Shown here piece by piece: positions 47,940 through 56,910 of a stretch of 64,000 bases of DNA. The translations under genes and the position numbers were made by a program. A model generated the notes under the pieces. It was not told the origin of the DNA. It saw only the letters and a program-made list of their open reading frames with translations, and did no database searches. Position 1 is the first letter of the stretch. Each line of letters opens with the position of its first letter. The stretch is from NCBI GenBank assembly GCA_045598525.1, contig JAZLMH010000012.1, positions 4,154 through 68,153 of the forward strand, in the 5' to 3' direction. This DNA is from Bacilli bacterium. Lineage in GTDB: Bacteria > Bacillota_I > Bacilli_A > RFN20 > CAG-826.

Positions 47940-48045
47940 GTTCAATTTATTATGCCCTTTTTGTTGTGCTTTTATAAAGCAATAATTTTCTATCGGATAT
48001 TTAGATAACAAAAAAGAGGCTCATTCGAACCTCACTTTTTATAGT

Positions 48046-48136
48046 TGGCGGAGGCGTCGAGATTTGAACTCGAGCTCGGGTTGCCCCGACTAACGGTTTA
48101 GCAAACCGTCCCCTTCGGCCTCTTGGGTACGCCTCC
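48046..48136 (-). tRNA. tRNA-Ser (anticodon GCU)
   Basis: Minus strand: GGAGGCG...ACGGT-TTGCTAA-ACCGT, a long variable arm, T-arm CTCGA-GTTCAAATC-TCGA(C), acceptor CGCCTCC, encoded CCA. Confidence 0.9.
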
Positions 48137-48235
48137 AACGCAAGAAGTAATATACACCAAATAAAATGTTTTCGCATCATTTAGTTTTATCAACTTTACT
48201 AACGAAGAATTTTGGGGTTCTAGATTCTTGAATAA

Positions 48236-48264
48236 GAAAAAAAGGATTATCAACGGGTAATCCT
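48236..48264 (-). terminator. intrinsic terminator after the 194-aa gene
   Basis: AGGATTA-8 nt loop-TAATCCT, with a T-run on the minus strand. Confidence 0.65.
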
Positions 48265-48282
48265 TTTTGATTTTTATGGTTA

Positions 48283-48867
48283 TTAGATGGTGTTGTCCTT
48301 TAAAAGACTTTTCGTAATATCTTCTTCGATGTTTACCATGTGACTCTTTAAGGTGTCTTTTACGTCTTTCATGTTTTCGAAGAAATTCCAGGTTATGGAA
48401 TAAAAGAAGCTTGCCGTGAAGTCCATTAGGTCGATTGAGCTGATGTTTAAGTCAGCGTCGTTTTCCACTGCTTCACCAAGTTTTAACGCCGCTTCTGAGA
48501 AATCTCCATAGTAGACTGGATCAAGGTTTTGCTTAATGAAGGCGTTTGCCATTGAAAGAAGGAAGGCTTCCTGAAGGTTATGGATGGCATAGCCGTCACT
48601 GTTATTTGGGTCGGTGCATTCTTCAAGGAAGAGCTGCCTTGCTATGAGATTATCCATAAGATAATCAACGAGATCATCTTTGTTATCGCTCCAGATCCAT
48701 CCAGCGCGGTATCCTTCAAGGTCTCTTTTTACATAGTAAAGGAACACTGTTTTATCAGTGATACTTTGCTTTTGAAGTTCTGCGTCCATCCTGAATCTTG
48801 AGTCAGGCAATTTTTTGTCTATTAATTTTCCCATTCCTATATCTTTTAAAGCGTCAAGGTTAATCAT
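48283..48867 (-). CDS. hypothetical protein (194 aa, acidic, cytoplasmic), no family recognised
   Basis: ORF with its own terminator. Its 22-nt leader contains the inverted repeat CATACT-AG-AGTATG (48876-48889). Confidence 0.55.
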   Translation of the reverse strand: MINLDALKDIGMGKLIDKKLPDSRFRMDAELQKQSITDKTVFLYYVKRDLEGYRAGWIWSDNKDDLVDYLMDNLIARQLFLEECTDPNNSDGYAIHNLQEAFLLSMANAFIKQNLDPVYYGDFSEAALKLGEAVENDADLNISSIDLMDFTASFFYSITWNFFENMKDVKDTLKSHMVNIEEDITKSLLKDNTI

Positions 48868-48952
48868 TGTGTCTCATACTCTAGTATGAATTTTACAAAT
48901 AGGCAAGGAATGAAATTTGATTTACTTATGTTAGGCGACTAAAATAATAGCC

Positions 48953-49474
48953 GTGGAAAATAAGTTTTATATTCGCATACCTGGGGATACGTATTACGAT
49001 AACCCATATAACAGAGACTCCATCTGCTATTACTTCAATCTCGACAAAAAAACTATCAAAGTCGAAAGAAGAGTGATCGGTGAGGATGGTTTTAAGGTTA
49101 ACCAAAAGGCTTATTCTATTTCTAGCGATGAGGCAAATATGATCCTTAGATGCTTCACGATGAAAAATGGTTTCCTCTTAGATTACTTTGATGATTACCG
49201 CGTCGCGGATGGAAAGAAATTCTCTCATTCCATTCTTTCTATTGGGGAAGAGAAAATCTATTTCCCAGATTACCTTTGCAATTTTAAAAGCATGGACCTC
49301 TTTAAAAGGTACCGTTATTACCCAGAGAAAGAAAGGGTCCTCTTCTACTCCGCGCTAAGATTCATCCTTCATTTTGCTTTCACAAAAACCGAAAAGCCAA
49401 AGAAAGAATTCCCTACTTCGACGAAGAGCTCATTAGCCTTCAAAATCGACGCAGAATCCATCTCATTAGAATAA
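48953..49474 (+). CDS. hypothetical protein (173 aa, Tyr/Phe-rich), no family recognised
   Basis: ORF with a GTG start 7 nt after TAAAAT (48940-48945), ending at a strong bidirectional terminator. Confidence 0.5.
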   Translation: MENKFYIRIPGDTYYDNPYNRDSICYYFNLDKKTIKVERRVIGEDGFKVNQKAYSISSDEANMILRCFTMKNGFLLDYFDDYRVADGKKFSHSILSIGEEKIYFPDYLCNFKSMDLFKRYRYYPEKERVLFYSALRFILHFAFTKTEKPKKEFPTSTKSSLAFKIDAESISLE

Positions 49475-49509
49475 AAATCCACAGCAGATTCGCTGTGGAT
49501 TTTATTTTT
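49473..49509. terminator. bidirectional intrinsic terminator
   Basis: A 9-bp stem (ATCCACAGC-AGATTC-GCTGTGGAT) flanked by A- and T-runs, between convergent genes. Confidence 0.8.
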
Positions 49510-52500
49510 TTATCTTATTCCAACCATTCCGTCAGGAGCGAGATATAAACCGTTTCTTCTAGAACAGTTCCATTTGATTGCGGCTCTTACATATTCGAAG
49601 GCCGTTTTCTTTAAGACGGAGTAGCCAAAGGCTTCATTGACTTCGTGGCAAAGATCTTCCACTGTCATCTTGCCTTGGTTGGTTACAAGATCTGCCGCAC
49701 AGTTACCGATCTCAATATAGGAGATGTCGATTAGCCTACGGAAGTCTCCTTCAAGAGACTCTCTCCAGTAAGTGTTGTTGCTTGGATTGATGTTTCTTGG
49801 GTAGTAGAAATTCTTGCCGCCGCAGCTTTCCTGGCTGAATGAGAGTTTCTGAAGAGCGAGGTTGAACTTGTTTCTTGTGATTGAGCCAATGCGGCCAAGG
49901 CCAAACGCTTTTCTAAATCTTTCTTCTAGAACTTCTTGGGACATTGGGAATTCTGTTCCAACCGCTTCGATGAAGAAGGAAAGCATATCAGATTCATTTA
50001 AGAGTTCTGGATTGAACTTAGGAGTGAATTCAACGATTGTGTACGGTCTCTTGTTAGGGTTGGCGTTAACAACTTTCTTGACAAAGAGAGGATCTTTTTG
50101 GGACTCTTTCTCATCAACAAACTTTTCTCCTGCAAGAGATCTGTTATAAGAATTGATGATGCTCTTGATGACTTCTTCTTTATGATCAAGATATTCGACA
50201 CTATAGAGATAATGGATGTTCCAGTTAAGTCTATGTAAGACAGCAGGCTCATTGATATGTCTATCTCTACAAGTAAGAATTGAGTTTTTATTGTTATCGA
50301 TGATGATGCCTAGGACATAGTCATTAGGGTTCTCTTTTGAAGAGATGGCAAGGTCGATCTTGAATGTGCTTGACCCAAGGTTTTCTTTTACGACATAGCC
50401 AAGCTTCTCAAGGTCTTTTGCTAAGAAGGTGGCGATTGAATTAGGTTCATCGCCCATTTCATTAGCGCTGCGGTTAGCTAAAGAAGATACGCCTTTTTGA
50501 GCGAAAAGAAGGAAGTCTCTAAGATATTTAGCACCCATGTTCTTGGCTCTTTCCGCTGGAATCTCTTGTGGCTTCATCGATGAGAAGACGATCATTTCTT
50601 CTCTTGCGCGGCTTACTGCGACGTTAAGTCTTCTTTCACCTTTCTTTTGCGAGAGAGGACCGAAGTTAAGGGATAAGCCGAGTTTCTTGTCTGGGCCATA
50701 GGTTGTGGAGAAGAGAATTACATCTCTTTCATCGCCTTGGACATTTTCTAAGTTTTTGATGAAGATCTTCTCTCCGCCTGGGGTTGGATCATAATCAGTT
50801 TTGGCAAGCTGCTTTTCAAGCATGTCATCGATGAGGTTTTGCTGGGCTTCATTGAAAGTAACAACACCAATTGAGTGGGTGCGAAGTTTTTCATCTTGGA
50901 GTCTACGCATAATCTCTGCGACAACTTCTTTGGCTTCCGCTCTATTGATTCCTTTGCCTCTTTCGTAATCGCCTTTGACATATTTATACGAGACGGATTC
51001 TTTTTCCTGAGCAGGTGAAGGGAATGTAAGAAGGGTGTTCTCGTAGAAACGGTTATTTGAGAAGGCAATAAGAGACTCGTGGCGGCTTCTATAGTGCCAG
51101 TTGAGTCTTTCTCTTGGGAAGTTTAAGGAAATTGCGTCGTCAAGGAGGGACTCGAGGTCTTCATCCACGCTATAAAGTGAGGCAGAACCATCGTCGCCAA
51201 GACTTGTTGATGAAACGAAGAAATTAGACGGAGGCATCTGCTGCTCATCGCCAGCGATGATAACCGAATCCGCTCTAGCCATAGCGCCGACTGCTTCGCT
51301 TGTTGGAATTTGAGAAGCTTCATCGAAGATTACGACATCGAAATGATATGTATCCATATTGAGATATTGAGCAACCGCGACAGGAGACATCAAGAAACAT
51401 GGAGTGAGGGTTTCGATGAGATCCTTAAATTCATCAAAGATGTAGCGGACTGAAGCGCCTCTTCCACCATTCTTTGCAAGTTTGGTGAGCTTATAGGCAT
51501 CTGTGCTGGTTGCAAAGCTTTCGGCGTTCTTTGGATATTTTTCTGTGATTTTGGCTGCGACAACATTGACGGAAAGTCTTTGGAGTTCGTCCATTTGAGC
51601 GCGATACGTGCGTAATAATTCTTCCTGAGAAGACATGCTCAATGAACTTAATCCTCTTTCTGGAAGAACTTTTCCAAGAATTGCGAAATAGACGTCTGCC
51701 TTAAAGCTTCTAAGGAGGTTTTCTTCTTTAATTTCTGCTCTGGTGTATCTTTCAAAGAAATCTTTATCGAGGAGTTCTTTCATGGCGTTAAGGTATTCAA
51801 GGAGGTTGCACCATTCGCTTAAGCGACCACTAGAAGCGCTTGCGTCATTTAACTTGCCACCGAGGAATTTGAAGTAGTCATTGGTGTCGCCATATAAGGA
51901 AATATCTGTCTCATAGCGGTATAAGAGTTCTTCTTTCTTCTTTTCGAAGGCTCCAAAGCATTGTTTTAACTGGGTATTTGCCCTGCTAAAGATTGCGCCT
52001 CTTCCTGCGCCGCTAAGATAATGAGCGAAAACCTCTTCCCTGCCGTCTTTGAAATCCATGTTTTGGATGTTTTTGGCGAGATCTAATGTAGTTTCTAATT
52101 CATGAATTCTTAATGCGCTTTCTGCTGCATTTGAGAAGTCGTATTCGTTAAGGATGAATCTAGCAAAAGAATCTGCATTTTTAACATTTTCTTCGTCAAA
52201 ACTTACTTGTTTTAATAATTCAAGGGACTTTTTGAGACCATCTTTCTTTAGTGCTGTTTTGTCGTTTAAGAATGGTTTTAGTCTCTTTTTGAATTTGTTT
52301 TCCGCCAGGGCTCTTTTAAAGAATCCGAGTTTTTCGATTTCCTCATATTCAGCGAATAAGGCATTAGCATCGAAGGATGTGAAAACTTCTTGTTTGAAGC
52401 TAACTAAAACTGCATCTCTTTCTGATGCGAGTTTGGCTTTTAAAGAAGCGAGTTCAAGAAGTTCTTTCTCATGTTCAACGAATTCTCTATTTAAGTAATG

Positions 52501-55368
52501 CTCTGTCCAGGTTGTATAGCCGTTTTGGAGGTCAACCATGATATCGAGATAGCGTTTGGCATTGTTATATGTTTCTTCCAAAGAACCTTCTTTGAAGAAT
52601 GCATTATAGGTTGCTAATTCGCAGTCCTTGGCGATATCGATAAGTTTCTCGATTTCCTCAAAGACCTGTTCACGGTAAAGGAGCGAATACTCTTTCTTTC
52701 TAAAAGCGATGAATGGCGAATAGGCGAACACTCCAAAGCTCTTAGAGAAGTTGACGTATGTGTTTATTGCGTTACACGTTTCTTGGAATTTGTTTGGGGT
52801 GATTGAGCGAATATAGTAATCAGTGAATTCTGATTTTGTGCGGAAATCAGCGTTCTCCAAGTAGCCGATAATGGCATCATATGGAGAAATGAAGTATGTG
52901 CCTCTTTCATGAAGGTCGGACATTATTCCGTTAAGTTTAGAGCGTTTCTCCATGATGGAGTCGCCTAATTCATTGTAGCCTTCTCCGCTTTCGAGAGGAC
53001 CCATATTGAGAAGATCGCTATAGATGCTAAGAATCTCGCTCTTAGGTTTATTTAATGAAGCGACTTCAAGGGTGAACTGTCCAAGATGGAGTTCATCAAG
53101 TCTCTTTTTAACGACATCAAGAGCAACTTCTTTTTCTGCAACGAAAAGAACCTTCTTTCCGTGATAAAGGAAGTTGGTAATCATATTGGCGATTGTTTGG
53201 GATTTGCCTGTGCCTGGAGGGCCATCAAGAATGAATGAATCGCCTTTCTCGGCATCTACGATCGCTTTTAATTGGCTGGAGTCAGCCGGAAGAGCGACGG
53301 CTACATCGATTGGTTTAATCTTTCCATCCATCTCATCGGCCGGAATGATATTCGTGCGGTCGTTCCACTTCTTCTCGCCATAAACGAATGAGGCGACAAG
53401 CTTATTATTAATAACTTTGGTTCTGTGATTTTTAAGATCGCTCCACATAACGAAGTGCGAGAAATTGAAAAGGGAAAGAACTGAACGGTTTTCAAAGAGA
53501 ACCCAGTTCTTCATCGGAGCGATGATAGTTCTGATTTCGTTATAGATTAAACGGATGTCGATAAATCCACTTTGTGTTCTTGGAAGAGGGTAGAGTCTAG
53601 AGAAATCTAAACCGAATGTCTGCTTCAAATACTGGAAGAGGGTGCTATTTAATTCAACATCGTCGAAATCATATTCAAGCGAATAATGTTGCCCGGTTTT
53701 GCGGCGAGGCATCTTTGCTTCAAGAAGGAAAATTGGGGCATACATTGCGCCAGTTCCTCTTTCGGCTGCTTTATCGTTATCGTACCAACGGATCTCGCCT
53801 AAGGTTAAGAAGAGAGGGTTACAACCACTTTCTTCGATGGATGTGTTGCTTTTTCTCGCCAAACCCTTAAGCACATCTTCAGTTGTGTCGTTTTTGTTAA
53901 CGACAAGAAGGCTTCCTTTTTTGTACTCTTCGGCAATTAATGGATGATAGATTTTCTCATCGAAATGGAGAAGCTCTTTTTTCTCTTTGTCACCTAATTT
54001 AAGCGGGGTTGGGATTAGACTGATCTTTTCGTTATCGCTTAAGAATTCAAGGTATTCCTGAGAATTGACAGTCATCACTTCGATGCCTTTTTGTCCACCT
54101 TTGTAGTTTATTAATCTGTTGCGGAGATTAAGGTCTAAAAGTTTGTCTTCCCAATGGTCGTAACGGGTTCTCTCGCTTTTTTTGTCGGAAGGAAGGAACC
54201 TTCTATCTTTAACATTGATGCTTGGAAGGCTGTATTCGGAATTCGAAATGCTTGGGAAATCGAAAACAACACTTCCATCAACGAGTTTTCTGCCAGTTGG
54301 GACAGGGAGAATCCATTCTCTTCTGCAAAGTTTGATATCTAAGGCATAGTCGAAGCGGTTTTCTTCAAGATGCTCTTTTGCACTATTCATTGCTTCAGCG
54401 AAATTCATAGAAGAGTCTTCACAGAAACCAACGACATTAATCAAAGCAATGTTATTGAAGCCTTCAGAAGCGTTGTTGATAAGCGTTTGGACGTTATCTT
54501 CTCTGCTATTTGAGAATGCATATTCTTCAAGCCAGCAACCAGCCATGGCGTGGCCTTTTGTGAGAATGAGAATTGGTCTAAGACCAACAGCCTCCATCAT
54601 CGAGCAGAAAAGAAGGGATGTGTCTAAGCAGTTGCCAACCCTCTTCTCTAAAACTTCATGCGGGAGTCTCACTCTTTGGAATACTTTTTCAAATGAGGCT
54701 GGGGTTGAACTGTAGCGGATATTTGATTTTTGGCAAGCAAGATACAAGGAATCCAAATCTTCTAAAATACCATTAGGGTCATGAGATTGGTATTCATCGA
54801 AAGAGCTTGTGCCATATTTATCACGTTTGATGTCTCTTGCTTTGTTCAAGAGTTCTTTGACGAGTGGGTCATTTGGAGTAACGAATGAGGCAAGGATTTC
54901 ATCAATCCACTGCTCTGATGCGCTCTCTTCGATTGGGAGGAAGCGGATGTTTTCGCTACTGACTGCTAAAAGTTTGCCTTCTTCATTTGTCAATGTGACC
55001 GTGATTGATCCAGGCATCGATTCGTTTAAGGCGTAAAGTTTATTGACGTCTAGGACAATATTAAAAGAATCAAGGATCGTCTCTTTGCCTTTTTCTAAGC
55101 AAGTGACTCTAAGAGGCTGAATCTCAAGCAATTCTGGAAGCACTTTAAAAGACACTCTGACATCTCTAGAGTCTTCATCCGACTCATTTTTGATGGAGAT
55201 TTCTCGTAAAAATGAGAAGTTGTTCGACTTATTGCCGGTCGCTTCTTTCAAGAGGCATTCCGCCTGATAGTTAACGTAATTAACGCTTTTTCCGCAGTTA
55301 ATTGAAAGGGAGAATCCAAGATTCTCGAGCTCTGTGCTTATAGTGTTTTCAAAAATGTTGTTGTCCAT
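49510..55368 (-). CDS. 1952-aa fusion: N-terminal beta-rich region, transglutaminase-like Cys protease core, DUF4011, Upf1-like SF1 helicase (AAA_11/AAA_12) with a ~600-aa helical insert, DUF559/Vsr-fold nuclease-like domain, and DUF3320
   Basis: GNCLD (C247) with KGHAMAGCW (H273). WEDKLLDLNLRNRLINYK and NPLFLTLGEIRW (DUF4011). GPPGTGKS (aa 716). VVIFDEASQ (aa 1346). VQGDERDV and VAVSRAR. GYVVKENLGSSTFKIDLAI...LGIIIDNN (nuclease fold). PMSQEVLEERFRKAFGLGRIGS (DUF3320). Confidence 0.85.
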   Translation of the reverse strand: MDNNIFENTISTELENLGFSLSINCGKSVNYVNYQAECLLKEATGNKSNNFSFLREISIKNESDEDSRDVRVSFKVLPELLEIQPLRVTCLEKGKETILDSFNIVLDVNKLYALNESMPGSITVTLTNEEGKLLAVSSENIRFLPIEESASEQWIDEILASFVTPNDPLVKELLNKARDIKRDKYGTSSFDEYQSHDPNGILEDLDSLYLACQKSNIRYSSTPASFEKVFQRVRLPHEVLEKRVGNCLDTSLLFCSMMEAVGLRPILILTKGHAMAGCWLEEYAFSNSREDNVQTLINNASEGFNNIALINVVGFCEDSSMNFAEAMNSAKEHLEENRFDYALDIKLCRREWILPVPTGRKLVDGSVVFDFPSISNSEYSLPSINVKDRRFLPSDKKSERTRYDHWEDKLLDLNLRNRLINYKGGQKGIEVMTVNSQEYLEFLSDNEKISLIPTPLKLGDKEKKELLHFDEKIYHPLIAEEYKKGSLLVVNKNDTTEDVLKGLARKSNTSIEESGCNPLFLTLGEIRWYDNDKAAERGTGAMYAPIFLLEAKMPRRKTGQHYSLEYDFDDVELNSTLFQYLKQTFGLDFSRLYPLPRTQSGFIDIRLIYNEIRTIIAPMKNWVLFENRSVLSLFNFSHFVMWSDLKNHRTKVINNKLVASFVYGEKKWNDRTNIIPADEMDGKIKPIDVAVALPADSSQLKAIVDAEKGDSFILDGPPGTGKSQTIANMITNFLYHGKKVLFVAEKEVALDVVKKRLDELHLGQFTLEVASLNKPKSEILSIYSDLLNMGPLESGEGYNELGDSIMEKRSKLNGIMSDLHERGTYFISPYDAIIGYLENADFRTKSEFTDYYIRSITPNKFQETCNAINTYVNFSKSFGVFAYSPFIAFRKKEYSLLYREQVFEEIEKLIDIAKDCELATYNAFFKEGSLEETYNNAKRYLDIMVDLQNGYTTWTEHYLNREFVEHEKELLELASLKAKLASERDAVLVSFKQEVFTSFDANALFAEYEEIEKLGFFKRALAENKFKKRLKPFLNDKTALKKDGLKKSLELLKQVSFDEENVKNADSFARFILNEYDFSNAAESALRIHELETTLDLAKNIQNMDFKDGREEVFAHYLSGAGRGAIFSRANTQLKQCFGAFEKKKEELLYRYETDISLYGDTNDYFKFLGGKLNDASASSGRLSEWCNLLEYLNAMKELLDKDFFERYTRAEIKEENLLRSFKADVYFAILGKVLPERGLSSLSMSSQEELLRTYRAQMDELQRLSVNVVAAKITEKYPKNAESFATSTDAYKLTKLAKNGGRGASVRYIFDEFKDLIETLTPCFLMSPVAVAQYLNMDTYHFDVVIFDEASQIPTSEAVGAMARADSVIIAGDEQQMPPSNFFVSSTSLGDDGSASLYSVDEDLESLLDDAISLNFPRERLNWHYRSRHESLIAFSNNRFYENTLLTFPSPAQEKESVSYKYVKGDYERGKGINRAEAKEVVAEIMRRLQDEKLRTHSIGVVTFNEAQQNLIDDMLEKQLAKTDYDPTPGGEKIFIKNLENVQGDERDVILFSTTYGPDKKLGLSLNFGPLSQKKGERRLNVAVSRAREEMIVFSSMKPQEIPAERAKNMGAKYLRDFLLFAQKGVSSLANRSANEMGDEPNSIATFLAKDLEKLGYVVKENLGSSTFKIDLAISSKENPNDYVLGIIIDNNKNSILTCRDRHINEPAVLHRLNWNIHYLYSVEYLDHKEEVIKSIINSYNRSLAGEKFVDEKESQKDPLFVKKVVNANPNKRPYTIVEFTPKFNPELLNESDMLSFFIEAVGTEFPMSQEVLEERFRKAFGLGRIGSITRNKFNLALQKLSFSQESCGGKNFYYPRNINPSNNTYWRESLEGDFRRLIDISYIEIGNCAADLVTNQGKMTVEDLCHEVNEAFGYSVLKKTAFEYVRAAIKWNCSRRNGLYLAPDGMVGIR

Positions 55369-55412
55369 ATGGAAATTATAGAAAGTATTTCTATTCTAAA
55401 AAAGGGAAAACT

Positions 55413-55446
55413 AAAAAAAGACTCCCTGTTTTACAAACTGGGAGTC
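55413..55446 (-). terminator. intrinsic terminator after proS
   Basis: On the minus strand: GACTCCC-13 nt loop-GGGAGTC followed by TTTTTTT. Confidence 0.75.
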
Positions 55447-55465
55447 AATTCAGATTTTTTAATGA

Positions 55466-56908
55466 TTAATATGCTCTAGCGAAATAGGCAATCTGGACAG
55501 CTTTTTTACCGCTGACGACATCAACGATATCGGTGTCTTCTGGAAGCATTTCATAGATGCAACGTGCTGTGCCACCTTTGGTGAGTTCTTTGATTTTGAG
55601 CTCAGTTTCTGGTGTTCCGTCATATGCAAGAAGAGCGTATCCACCGACATTATCAAGAGCGGCATTAAGCTCATCGATGGTTTTAACTTCGGTGATGTGC
55701 TTCTCAAGATATGCTTTTGCTTTGTTATACATGTCGTTATGGATTTCATCGAGAAGAGGAGCTACCTCGGCTTCGATGTCTACAATCTTCATGACTTTCT
55801 TTTCACCATTAACACGTTTGGTCAAGACCGCTTCGCCATTAGCTAGGTCTCTTGGACCGACTTCGATACGAAGTGGGACACCTTTCATTTCGTATTGAGC
55901 GAACTTCCAGCCAGGTGTTCTTGATTCGTTGTCATCAAGTTTGACTCTGATGCCTTGTTTTGTGAGATTCTCATAAATCTCCTTACATGCATCAAGAACG
56001 CCTTCTGCCTGCTGTCTGATTGGGACAATTACAACTTGGGTTGGAGCGACTCTTGGAGGGAGGACTAAGCCGTTGTCATCACCATGGACCATGATGACCG
56101 CACCGAGTAAACGAGTTGAAACGCCCCATGAGGTTTGGTGTGGAATCTGGAGTTTTGTATCTCTTCCTTGGAATCTGATGCCATATGCTTCTGCAAAGCC
56201 TTGGCCAAGGTAATGGGATGTGCCTGACTGAAGAGCTTTTCCATCTGGCATAAGAGCTTCGATTGTGTAGGTTGCAACAGCACCTGCGAATTTCTCTTGC
56301 TCTGACTTCTTGCCTTTGAGGAATGGGATAGCAAGTAAATCGCGGCCAAGATCGTCGTAGATCTCAAGTGCTTTCTTAACGTTTTCTCTTGCTTCTTCTT
56401 CGGTTTCGAATAAGCAGTGACCTTCCTGCCAGAGGAATTCTGAGCCACGGAGGAATGGGCGGGTTGTCTTTTCCCAGCGGACAACCGAGCACCACTGGTT
56501 ATAAGCGATTGGGAGATCGCGATATGAAGAAACGATGTTCTTATAAAGGTCGCTGAATAAGATTTCACTTGTAGGACGGATGACAAGAGGGTCTTCAAGT
56601 GTTTTAGCACCACCAATTGTGGCGATAAGTGCTTCTGGAGCAAAACCTTCAACGTGTTCTTTTTCTTTGTTGAACATGCTCATTGGGATGACAAGAGGGA
56701 GATAGACGTTTTGTGCGCCAAGCTCATTCTTGATGCGCTTATTGAAGTAATTTTGGATTTCTTCCCAGAGAGCGTATGAATATGGGAGATAGTTGATGAA
56801 TCCTTTGACTGAACTATAGTTCATGAGTTCAGCTTTCTTAACTACATCGGTGTACCACTGGGCAAAATCCTCTTTTTGGGATGTGATTGCATTGTTTTTG
56901 TTTTCCAT
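55466..56908 (-). CDS. proS: prolyl-tRNA synthetase, archaeal/eukaryote-like type (no INS editing domain)
   Basis: A 480-aa class IIa architecture. N-terminus FAQWYTDVVKKAELMNY, motifs 2 and 3, and the C-terminal zinc-type domain ending ...AYFARAY. Confidence 0.93.
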   Translation of the reverse strand: MENKNNAITSQKEDFAQWYTDVVKKAELMNYSSVKGFINYLPYSYALWEEIQNYFNKRIKNELGAQNVYLPLVIPMSMFNKEKEHVEGFAPEALIATIGGAKTLEDPLVIRPTSEILFSDLYKNIVSSYRDLPIAYNQWCSVVRWEKTTRPFLRGSEFLWQEGHCLFETEEEARENVKKALEIYDDLGRDLLAIPFLKGKKSEQEKFAGAVATYTIEALMPDGKALQSGTSHYLGQGFAEAYGIRFQGRDTKLQIPHQTSWGVSTRLLGAVIMVHGDDNGLVLPPRVAPTQVVIVPIRQQAEGVLDACKEIYENLTKQGIRVKLDDNESRTPGWKFAQYEMKGVPLRIEVGPRDLANGEAVLTKRVNGEKKVMKIVDIEAEVAPLLDEIHNDMYNKAKAYLEKHITEVKTIDELNAALDNVGGYALLAYDGTPETELKIKELTKGGTARCIYEMLPEDTDIVDVVSGKKAVQIAYFARAY

Positions 56909-56910
56909 TT

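Noticed and set aside
46854-48011. Longer N-terminal extensions suggested by the ORF track. Affected ORFs are 46854-48011, 42843-43766, 59684-60790, 41415-42824, 27921-28247, 28524-29240, 6719-7666 and 14708-15922.
   Set aside because: The extensions begin at TTG/GTG or unsupported ATG codons. They would include the real RBS or overlap the neighbouring gene or tRNA terminator. They also precede obvious native N-termini (lipobox, GT2 start, Rossmann start).
56909-56910. A T-box leader was expected upstream of proS.
   Set aside because: Only 2 nt separate proS from the upstream gene's stop codon, so there is no room for a T-box. proS appears to be co-transcribed instead.
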